A DNA stretch of 64,000 bases from an uncultured Thiomicrospira sp. (GTDB lineage: Bacteria; Pseudomonadota; Gammaproteobacteria; CAKMZV01): positions 672,001 through 736,000 of the forward strand of contig OZ239628.1 in the NCBI GenBank assembly GCA_965195345.1. Direction: 5' to 3'. Made by a program: the position numbers and the translations under genes. Shown in pieces: positions 34,707 through 43,266 of this stretch. Every line of letters begins with the position of its first letter. Within the stretch, counting starts at the first letter, position 1. The notes beneath the pieces are model-generated. The model was not told the DNA's origin. It saw only the letters and a program-made list of their open reading frames with translations, and made no database searches.

Positions 34707-34800
34707 ATTGCATTAGCTAACGAGACAAAGCACAAAGAAGCGAACATTTCTTTTGCACATCGTGCTTAAAGGTGTTATTTTTATAATGAGCTAATGCAAT
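34707..34800 (-). other. nested stem-loop in the leader of the GcvT-family/ETF operon (candidate cis-regulatory RNA or terminator)
   Basis: Perfect 12-bp outer stem ATTGCATTAGCT (34707-18) / AGCTAATGCAAT (34789-800), with inner stems AAGCAC/GTGCTT and AAAGAA/TTCTTT. Followed by GGTTTTTT on the minus strand. Confidence 0.45.
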
Positions 34801-34875
34801 AATCCTAGGAGCGCACACTATACAAAGTTTAAAAGAAACTTGCAAAATAAAATGCGGTGAGTTCCTCAATGTTTT

Positions 34876-35991
34876 TTACTGGTTAGAATGAATTTTTTCG
34901 ATATTTGGAGTATTTGTATTTACTTCACCGCATTGTGCTCTATTTCTTAAAAGGTGGTCCATCAATACGAGCGCTGTCATAGCTTCTACTATTGGTGTTG
35001 CTCGAATACCGACGCAGGGGTCATGTCTTCCTTTTGTCACGATTTGAGTATCTATGCCTTGTTGATTAATAGTATTTCCAATTAAAGCAATGCTGGAAGT
35101 TGGTTTCAAAGCCACTGTGGCAAGGATATTTTGTCCTGAACTTATCCCTCCAACAATACCACCTGCATGATTGCTTTTAAATCCTTGACTGCTCAACTCA
35201 TCACGATGCTCACTTCCGTGTTGTGTTATGACATTAAATCCATCACCAATAGCAACGCCCTTAACTGCATTAATGCTCATCAATGCATGCGCGATTTCAG
35301 CATCCAAACGATCAAACACTGGCTCTCCCAGCCCTGTTGGAACACCTTTTACAATAACAGTTATTTCTGCTCCTATGGAATTATGTTGCTTTTTCAATTC
35401 TGTCATAAAATGCTCAATATCTGCAATACGATCAGAGTTGGGACAGAAAAAAGGGTTACTATTGATTGATTCAAACTCTATGTTGTCTTGTTCCCAATCA
35501 ATTTCAATTGGGCCGATTTGGGACAAAAAACCAATGATCTCCATTCCGTGTAGTTTAAGATATTTTTTTGCAATTGCACCTGCTGCGACACGCATGGCTG
35601 TTTCTCGTGCAGACGAGCGTCCACCACCACGATAGTCGCGAATTCCATATTTATGTTCGTAAGTATAGTCAGCATGAGCGGGTCGAAATACATTTTTAAT
35701 CTGACTGTAATCTTGAGAGCGTTGATCTGTGTTGTGAATAATCAATGCAATAGGAGTTCCAGTGGTTTTCCCCTCAAAAACACCTGATAAAATAGACACT
35801 TCATCATCCTCTCGACGAGGGGTTTCATAACGGTTTTTCCCTGGTTTGCGTCGATTGAGATCGGTTTGTATATCGTCTTCGTTTAATGGCATATTAGGTG
35901 GACAACCATCAACAATGGCAACCAATGCTTTGCCATGACTTTCTCCAGCTGTAGTTACTCGGAAACACTGTCCAAACGTATTTGCACTCAT
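34876..35991 (-). CDS. aroC: chorismate synthase
   Basis: [36 protein letters not shown]. Confidence 0.97.
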   Translation of the reverse strand: MSANTFGQCFRVTTAGESHGKALVAIVDGCPPNMPLNEDDIQTDLNRRKPGKNRYETPRREDDEVSILSGVFEGKTTGTPIALIIHNTDQRSQDYSQIKNVFRPAHADYTYEHKYGIRDYRGGGRSSARETAMRVAAGAIAKKYLKLHGMEIIGFLSQIGPIEIDWEQDNIEFESINSNPFFCPNSDRIADIEHFMTELKKQHNSIGAEITVIVKGVPTGLGEPVFDRLDAEIAHALMSINAVKGVAIGDGFNVITQHGSEHRDELSSQGFKSNHAGGIVGGISSGQNILATVALKPTSSIALIGNTINQQGIDTQIVTKGRHDPCVGIRATPIVEAMTALVLMDHLLRNRAQCGEVNTNTPNIEKIHSNQ

Positions 35992-36918
35992 TTATTTAAC
36001 TCGTTTAATATTTTGTGGTCTTGATGAAGTTTGTTGTTGAAGATTGGGCAACTCATTTTTATACACAATAAAAACACCAACAGCATCACTGTTTTTCAAA
36101 GAAATTTCTACAAAAGGTATATTCGGGAAGTTGTCTAATAGAGCCTGTCCAGCTTCGCCTACTTCAAGAATCAATGCACCATTGTCATTTAAGACTCTAT
36201 CGATTTTATTCATTAGTGGGCGCACAAAATCAAGTCCATCTGTTCCCGCAGTCAATGCCAATTTAGGTTCATATTGTAACTCTAAAGGTAATGCGTGCAT
36301 TGATTCGTCATCAACATAAGGGGGGTTGCAGATAATTAAATCAAAGCGTTGGTCAATATCTTCAACGCCATCGCTTTGAACAATGTTAATTTGGTTTTCC
36401 AATCGGTGTTTACTTAGATTAATCGCTGCGACTTCAAGTGCGTCTTTGCTAATGTCGGCAATGACAACTTCAGCAAAGGGCATAGCAATTTTACAAGCAA
36501 TACCAATACAACCTGAACCGCAGCATAGATCAAGAACGCTCTTTGGTTGGTGATTTATCCATGGTTGAAAGTCATCCTCAATGAGTTCATAAATCGGGGA
36601 GCGGGGTATTAAAACACGCTCATCAACATAAAAATCCAAACCTAAAAAACGAGCGTTATTGGTTAGATATGGCATGGGTATGCGCTGATTGATACGTTTT
36701 TCAGCTAAAGTGATAATGCGATCTTTTTCTATTTCTGTTAATCGTGCTTGCCAAAATATATCTGGCAAGTCATGCGTCATGTTAGTGACGTGCAATATTA
36801 GGTCAATTGCTTCATCTATGGCAGTTTCGCGCCCCTGAGCAAAACAAAGATCAGTTGCATTGAAACGACTTGCAGCCCAACGTGCCATGTCTAACAGGGT
36901 ATTGAATTCTTTTGTCAT
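35992..36918 (-). CDS. prmB: 50S ribosomal protein L3 N5-glutamine methyltransferase
   Basis: FYVDERVLIPRSPI, LDLCCGSGCI, NPPY. The prmB-aroC synteny is conserved. Confidence 0.92.
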   Translation of the reverse strand: MTKEFNTLLDMARWAASRFNATDLCFAQGRETAIDEAIDLILHVTNMTHDLPDIFWQARLTEIEKDRIITLAEKRINQRIPMPYLTNNARFLGLDFYVDERVLIPRSPIYELIEDDFQPWINHQPKSVLDLCCGSGCIGIACKIAMPFAEVVIADISKDALEVAAINLSKHRLENQINIVQSDGVEDIDQRFDLIICNPPYVDDESMHALPLELQYEPKLALTAGTDGLDFVRPLMNKIDRVLNDNGALILEVGEAGQALLDNFPNIPFVEISLKNSDAVGVFIVYKNELPNLQQQTSSRPQNIKRVK

Positions 36919-36993
36919 GAGGGTATTTTATGGTTTTTTAGCCTATAATCTAAGCTTTTTTCATACTCAATCAAACTTTAGTGAATCCAAAAT

Positions 36994-38019
36994 ATGTCGG
37001 ATAAAAAAATAACGCATAAACCACGCATCCTTAGCGGTATTCAACCAACTGGTCAATTGATGATTGGCAATCACCTTGGTGCGTTGCGTCAGTGGGTTTA
37101 TTTGCAAGAATCACACGATTGTTTCTATACCTTGGTTGATTTGCATGCCATTACTGTGCGTCAAAATCCAGAAGTATTTAATGAACGCTGTTACAGCTTC
37201 GTAGCACAATATATTGCTTGTGGGATAGATCCTAAGCAGAGCACACTTTTTATTCAATCGCATGTTCACGAGCATAGCGAACTCATGTGGTTACTCAATT
37301 GCTTCACTTACATGGGTGAATTAAATCGCATGACTCAGTTCAAAGATAAGTCAAACAAACATGCGGAAAATATCAATGCAGGGTTACTCAGTTATCCAGT
37401 ACTCATGGCGGCTGATATTTTGTTATATCAAGCAAACTTAGTGCCTGTGGGTGAGGACCAGAAGCAACATTTGGAGCTTTGTAGAGACTTGGTGAATCGT
37501 TTTAATGAAGCATACAGCTCGAAACTTTTTAGCATGCCAGAACCTTTTATTCCTCCTAAGCAGGATGGAGGGCGCATCATGGCTTTGCAAGAACCCAGTA
37601 ATAAGATGTCAAAATCTGACGATAACGAACAAAATGTTATTGGATTATTGGATTCACCTAAACAAATAGAGAAAAAAATCAAACGCGCTGTCACCGATAG
37701 TGAAGATCACATTGCTTATGATTGGGAAAGGAAACCCGGCATTTCTAATTTATTGACACTGTATAGTGCGACAACACATACTAGTATAGAGGATGCTGTG
37801 AAGCATTTTGATGGGAAGATGTATGGTCATCTTAAAATTGAATTGGCTCAGGCGTTGATTGATTTTCTTGATCCAATCCAGCAAGAGTATCATCGTTTGA
37901 TGCATGATAAAGGCGAGTTGCAGAGCATTCTTAAAGATGGAGCAGACAAAGCATCTGCTGTTGCCGGCAACACACTAGACGCGGTGAAAAAAGCCATTGG
38001 ATTTGTTCCTAGATATTGA
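36994..38019 (+). CDS. trpS: tryptophan--tRNA ligase
   Basis: SGIQPTG, VDLHAIT, YPVLMAADILL, VPVGEDQKQH, KMSKS. Confidence 0.97.
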   Translation: MSDKKITHKPRILSGIQPTGQLMIGNHLGALRQWVYLQESHDCFYTLVDLHAITVRQNPEVFNERCYSFVAQYIACGIDPKQSTLFIQSHVHEHSELMWLLNCFTYMGELNRMTQFKDKSNKHAENINAGLLSYPVLMAADILLYQANLVPVGEDQKQHLELCRDLVNRFNEAYSSKLFSMPEPFIPPKQDGGRIMALQEPSNKMSKSDDNEQNVIGLLDSPKQIEKKIKRAVTDSEDHIAYDWERKPGISNLLTLYSATTHTSIEDAVKHFDGKMYGHLKIELAQALIDFLDPIQQEYHRLMHDKGELQSILKDGADKASAVAGNTLDAVKKAIGFVPRY

Positions 38020-38438
38020 GTTTCATTAGGAAAGAGGTTTTTATTTTTTAGGCTTCTTATATTTAGAAAAATTGAACGTTAATATTATGAGAAGCGCAAT
38101 GTCTTTGTGCAAAAAGACCATATAAATGAAGCACAATTTAGAACTGAATCAAAAAAAAACTGTATTTCACTGCGCCGTCTACTTTAGGAGAACCTGCCAA
38201 AGCAGTTAATGACGTATATTGATTTTATTACATTCAATACAATTTGTTAGTCGATGATGAGAAGCTCGTTTTCGTTGAGTATTTTGACGAGACGGCAATG
38301 GAAAAATTGTTGAACATTGGTATTCGATTCAAGAGGTGTCCATTGCGTCGAAAAATGATAATTACTATGTGTTGAAGAATCCTTCTGCTTTAAGAAATGC
38401 TATTTCGACGGGCAGCAAGGCTGTCTGACAGGTAGCCG

Positions 38439-39386
38439 CTATTGTTTTCTTAGGATGTTGCGCAACTGCTCTGTATCTGTGTGAAATCGGCGTATGCCAT
38501 CGGCTAATTTTTCGCTCGCCATTACGTCTTCATTAACCAGCCAACGAAAATTTCCTTCAGTAACATTTTGGGGCAGCTGATGAACGTCAAAGTTTGCAGT
38601 ATTAATTTTTGATGTTACAACATTATCTTTCGCTCGTAATTCATTCATCAATGCAGGAGATATTGTCAATTTGTCACAACCTGCTAATTCAAGTACTTCG
38701 CCGACGTTTCTAAAGGAAGCTGCCATAATGATAGTTGAATAGTTGCGTGCCTTGAAGCAATGATAAATATTTTTTACCGATAATACTCCTGGATCTTCTT
38801 CCGCTGTAAAATCACGCCCTACGTGGTTTTTGTGCCAATCTAAAATTCGACCAACAAAGGGGGAAATCAGCGTTGCTCCTGCTTCGGCGCAGGCGATTGC
38901 TTGAGTGATGTTGAAAATAAGGGTCATATTACAACGAATCCCTTTTTTCTCAAGGATTTGAGCCGCAAGAATACCTTCCCATGTTGCAGCAATTTTAATC
39001 AAAATCCGTTCTTTAGCAATTCCTCTATCTGAGTAAAGTTTAATGATACGTAGCGCGCGTTCTACAGTAGCAGTTGTATCGAATGAAAGTGCAGCATCCA
39101 CTTCAGATGAAACCAAGCCCGGAATCATCTTGCTGATGGAACTGCCAAACTCCACTACCAAATGATCGATACAAGCGTCAACCCATTCGATATCATTGTT
39201 GTTCTCATTCTTTGCGGCGCGCACCGCTTGTTCAATGAGTGCTTGACAAGACTCATCGCGTGCAGCGTTCAGTATAAGACTGGGATTGGTTGTGCAATCC
39301 AGAGGTTTAAATTTCTTGATTTCTTCGAGATTGCCAGAATCAATGACGACATCCGAATAGTTTGCTAATTGTTCTAATGCATTCAT
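38439..39386 (-). CDS. tal: transaldolase
   Basis: DCTTNPSL, SSEVDA, ILIKIAATWEG, ISPFVGRILDW, MAASFR. Confidence 0.96.
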   Translation of the reverse strand: MNALEQLANYSDVVIDSGNLEEIKKFKPLDCTTNPSLILNAARDESCQALIEQAVRAAKNENNNDIEWVDACIDHLVVEFGSSISKMIPGLVSSEVDAALSFDTTATVERALRIIKLYSDRGIAKERILIKIAATWEGILAAQILEKKGIRCNMTLIFNITQAIACAEAGATLISPFVGRILDWHKNHVGRDFTAEEDPGVLSVKNIYHCFKARNYSTIIMAASFRNVGEVLELAGCDKLTISPALMNELRAKDNVVTSKINTANFDVHQLPQNVTEGNFRWLVNEDVMASEKLADGIRRFHTDTEQLRNILRKQ

Positions 39387-39904
39387 CTTTTTACTATTAT
39401 GTATATTTAAAGGTTAATCTTTGTGATCTTTTTCGGTCATGAATTTGGCATAGCTTCTGATGACGTTTTTGTCCGTTGCTTTATTCGAGAGGTTTAAAGA
39501 TAATTTATCGAACGTTCAACTTATTTATTCGACTAACCACTCGACTTTTGAAGAAATTGTCATATAGAAGAAGTGAGTATTCTTAGGTTATATCAATCGT
39601 CTAAGAAATCTTTTATATGGGCTAAGGTGTCGTTTTGCGTTTTGCAAATAAGTAACTCATTACGATATTTTTAAAGCTGTGAATTTTCTTGCACCTCTTG
39701 GTTTGCCAAATGATTTGAATGCATTTTAGCACGTGATTTCATGTTATGTGTGCTATTGCGTTAGAAGTGCTAACAGTATTTTTTATTGTGCTCTCTTGCG
39801 ATATTCATTCGTTTTTTGAGTACTCGAAATTGACCTTTTTTACGCTCTCCAGTTAAAAAGTTGAAAATTATGCTCGACATACGACTTAAAAATCTTATCG
39901 ATAA

Positions 39905-41137
39905 CTAATCAACATTCTGCCAGCGGCATGTGCCGTTCTCACCGAATAAAGACTCGGTAAGCTGATTACCAGCAAGCTCTACTTTGGCGAAGCCGTTTAA
40001 TACTCGCAAAGGAGTATCTGGATCATTAGCAGATTGGGTTTCATACCACGTAATCTGGGGTTTCCCTTTCAACTCGCTGGCATTTCCGTAGGGGAGAGAA
40101 CCATGTCCAATGCAACGGCTGCGTATTGGCACGTTATTATCCAACTGATCTGCATAGACCACCGCATTATGCTCATGCCCCCAATACCAATATACGTTTT
40201 GATAACGAAGTTTATTATCGGAATTTGAAAGATTGCTCATTACTTGTTCGTATAGCTGAGTCTTGTTTTCTCCTTTAAGCTCATAGCCGGTATGATGAGA
40301 AAGTATAATAATGCCGTTTTTCGCAGGCAGTGATTTCAACCATTTTTGTTGTGCCTCACCCAGCTCTCCATCCATATACAATTGCCACTTATCTGAATAA
40401 TACGCGCTATCCAGCCCGATGATCAACCAATTATCATTTTCTAAGGCAAAATAACTGCACTTAGCTTGTAAAGGAAATTCTTGTTCCAAAGCATAAAAAT
40501 ACGATTTTGCACCACAATACATTTCATGATTGGAATTCAGAGTAAACGCGCCTTTTGAACCCTTTGGCCAAATATCAATCAGATTATTCTTTTCCTGATC
40601 CATCGTACCAGCATAATACACATCACCCAGATGTACGGTGTAATCGACCTTTTCCTTTTGAATGACATGAGCTATTTTTTCAGCTGGAGATAAAGGAGAT
40701 TTTCTCCAAAAACCAGTTCCCCAGTCCCCAACAATACAAAACGACGCATCATTCGCAATCGGTACAGTCACTGGATTTGTGTTGAATGTTGCTTGATCGT
40801 CAATGTGTTCCAGCCAGCATGTGAGAGCCTCTAGCCAACCAAAGTCAAGTAGTTCCCATTTCCCGGATCCAAATAAAGAACCATCAGGTCTAACTAACGT
40901 ATCATAATCAGTTTTGCTTCTGGGTAAATCTTTGGCATCCTCAGGGAATAAAACAGACATTGCATGTGCAATTTCAGTATGATGCGGAGCAGAAGATTTA
41001 TTCCCCTCAATAATTTCCCAAGCTTTACGATGTGCATCTTCCAACAATTTCTTCAATGCATCTTGTTCGCTGTCACTGGCCTTACGTTTAAATTCACTAT
41101 GCGCCTTTACCAGTCTTTGTTCCAAATCATTCATCAT
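39905..41137 (-). CDS. calcineurin-like metallophosphoesterase with N-terminal extension
   Basis: GDWG, HLGDVYY, NSNHE, SHH and WGHEH metal-binding motifs. Confidence 0.8.
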   Translation of the reverse strand: MMNDLEQRLVKAHSEFKRKASDSEQDALKKLLEDAHRKAWEIIEGNKSSAPHHTEIAHAMSVLFPEDAKDLPRSKTDYDTLVRPDGSLFGSGKWELLDFGWLEALTCWLEHIDDQATFNTNPVTVPIANDASFCIVGDWGTGFWRKSPLSPAEKIAHVIQKEKVDYTVHLGDVYYAGTMDQEKNNLIDIWPKGSKGAFTLNSNHEMYCGAKSYFYALEQEFPLQAKCSYFALENDNWLIIGLDSAYYSDKWQLYMDGELGEAQQKWLKSLPAKNGIIILSHHTGYELKGENKTQLYEQVMSNLSNSDNKLRYQNVYWYWGHEHNAVVYADQLDNNVPIRSRCIGHGSLPYGNASELKGKPQITWYETQSANDPDTPLRVLNGFAKVELAGNQLTESLFGENGTCRWQNVD

Positions 41138-41554
41138 TTCTCCAATTGATCATGTATAAGTGTTATCAAGTGTTAGATTCATCCAACTAAGTATTTCTTT
41201 GATGAGCCGTTTTCTCTCGATGTTTCAGCATTATCGAACAAACATCCTTATGAGTTTGGTAACCAAATAATAAGTGGTGGTTTCTCACCCTCCACATGCC
41301 TATTTTTTACTCGCTGCTCATTTAAGTACAGACATGCTCACTTGGCCTCTTCGCTTTTATAGACCATGATAACAGCAATCTTGTTTTGTTTAATATCAGT
41401 CCGCAACTTTTTTACGGCGCTTGTTCTATATTATCCGCGCTAAAGTCACCATCACACAAAGTCTCTAAGCAATACGTCTAAATAGAGTATTATATTGTTA
41501 TTATTCCTCAAATTTCTCATAACAGACAGTAATACATACTGAACAAGTCAGCTA

Positions 41555-41719
41555 ATGACTGATTAAACTTTGACCTTAAAAAAGATCACCCATTATCTAA
41601 AAATTACTGATAAAACTGCTTATCGTTTAGCTGTAGAAGGTACATTGGCAGATTTTAAGGCTGGAGGTAGTTGGCGTTTTAAACGAGAATATATAGAATG
41701 CCGGATTGTTGAACAATAA
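41555..41719 (+). pseudogene. excisionase-type (Xis/HTH_17) DNA-binding protein with a premature stop at codon 4
   Basis: Translates as MTD*TLTLKKITHYLKITDKTAYRLAVEGTLADFKAGGSWRFKREYIECRIVEQ*, matching the family pattern LT..EVA.YL....T.YRL...G.LP.FK.GG.WRF. TAA at 41564-66. Confidence 0.8.
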
Positions 41720-41758
41720 AGCAACCAATAAAGCAACCAATAAAGCAACCAATAAAGC
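41714..41758 (+). repeat. 12-bp tandem repeat (CAATAAAGCAAC) x3.75
   Basis: Exact units start at 41714, 41726 and 41738, with a partial unit at 41750. The array ends 23 bp before the hsdM1 ATG. Confidence 0.92.
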
Positions 41759-41781
41759 GCAGCCATGAGACAAGAAAGCAG

Positions 41782-43266
41782 ATGACAACTGAAAAAATAA
41801 CGCTCTCGCAGTTAGAGCAATACTTATCAAAAGCAGCATGGATATTAAAAGGCCCTATTGATGCTTCTGATTTTAAAGTTTACATATTCCCGTTACTATT
41901 CTTTAAACGAATTTCTGATGTGTATGATGAAGAATATCGTGTAGCATTAGAAGAGTCTGATGGTGATGAAGAGTATGCAGCATTACCAGAAATGCATCGT
42001 TTTGAAATCTCTGAAGACTGTCACTGGCAAGATGTCCGTGAAACCACCACAAACGTAGGTGCTGCGATTGAGAACGCCTTGCGTGGTATAGAGCAAGCTA
42101 ACCAAGAATTCCTTTATGGCATCTTTGGTGATGCGCAGTGGAGCAACAAGAACAAACTGTCTGATGCTTTACTCATCAATTTAATAGAACACTTCTCTCA
42201 ATATACTCTGGGTAATCAAAAAGTTGACCCTGACATGCTCGGTAATGCTTACGAGTACTTAATCAAACATTTTGCTGATTTAACCAATAAAAAAGCCGGT
42301 GAATTTTATACGCCTCGTTCGGTGGTGCATTTGTTAGGGCTGATTTTAGACCCCCATGAAGGACAAACCATTTACGATCCAGCCTGCGGTACCGGTGGAA
42401 TGCTGCTTGAGTGTGTTGATCACTTAAAAGACAATAAAGAAGATTATCGAACGCTGAAAATATACGGTCAAGAAAAGAACCTAACATCCAGCTCAATTGC
42501 CCGTATGAACATGTTTTTACATGGCATTGAAGACTTTGAAATATTGCGTGGCGATACCTTACGTCATCCTGCATTTTTTGAAGCCGATGGGCTGAAAACC
42601 TTTGATTGTGTGATAGCAAACCCACCATTTTCCTTAAAAGACTGGGGTGCAGAAAATTGGGCTAATGACCCTTATGGCAGAAATATAGCCGGTGTGCCAC
42701 CAAAAGGCAATGGTGATATGGCTTGGGTGCAGCACATGGTTAAGTCCATGAATAGCACTGGACGTATGACCGTTGTATTGCCGCATGGCGCACTTTTTAG
42801 AAAGGCTGCCGAAGGAAAGATACGTAAACAGCTATTAGAACAAGACATGCTTGAAGCCGTTATCGGTTTAGGTCCTAATGTGTTCTACGGTACACAGTTA
42901 GCCGCTTGTGTCATGGTGTTCAAACAAAACAAATCAGCCGACAAAAAAGGCAAAGTATTGTTTATTGATGCATCAGATCAAATCCGCGTTGGTCGAGCAC
43001 AAAACTTCTTAGAGCCAAACCACATTCAACAAATTTATGACTGGTACCACAACTATCAAGATGTAGAAAACTACGTAAAAGTCGCTTCAATGGACGAATT
43101 AAAAGAAAACGACTTTAACTTAAATATTCCACTGTACGTTGAAAAGATCATTGAAAATAACTTGCCTTCTGTTAAAGAAGCTATGAGCGGTTTAAAACAA
43201 GCATGGCAATCAAGCCTTGATGCCGAAGAAAAATTTAAAAATATACTAAAAGGATTTATACAATGA
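41782..43266 (+). CDS. hsdM: Type I R-M methyltransferase subunit M1 (NPPF; predicted m6A)
   Basis: GEFYTP, DPACGTGG, ANPPF (near 42619), VLPHGALFR. Confidence 0.93.
   Translation: MTTEKITLSQLEQYLSKAAWILKGPIDASDFKVYIFPLLFFKRISDVYDEEYRVALEESDGDEEYAALPEMHRFEISEDCHWQDVRETTTNVGAAIENALRGIEQANQEFLYGIFGDAQWSNKNKLSDALLINLIEHFSQYTLGNQKVDPDMLGNAYEYLIKHFADLTNKKAGEFYTPRSVVHLLGLILDPHEGQTIYDPACGTGGMLLECVDHLKDNKEDYRTLKIYGQEKNLTSSSIARMNMFLHGIEDFEILRGDTLRHPAFFEADGLKTFDCVIANPPFSLKDWGAENWANDPYGRNIAGVPPKGNGDMAWVQHMVKSMNSTGRMTVVLPHGALFRKAAEGKIRKQLLEQDMLEAVIGLGPNVFYGTQLAACVMVFKQNKSADKKGKVLFIDASDQIRVGRAQNFLEPNHIQQIYDWYHNYQDVENYVKVASMDELKENDFNLNIPLYVEKIIENNLPSVKEAMSGLKQAWQSSLDAEEKFKNILKGFIQ

Noticed and set aside
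39400-39900. Degraded gene between tal and the metallophosphoesterase
   Set aside because: The short minus-strand frames are suggestive, but no family could be recognised and many stops interrupt them.
41714-41758. Possible CRISPR array
   Set aside because: The units are 12 bp, contiguous and have no spacers, and there are no cas genes in the window.
41627-41839. 70-aa minus-strand ORF containing LLVALLVALLVALL
   Set aside because: The periodicity is just the antisense reading of the 12-bp repeat. The plus-strand HTH pseudogene explains the region better.
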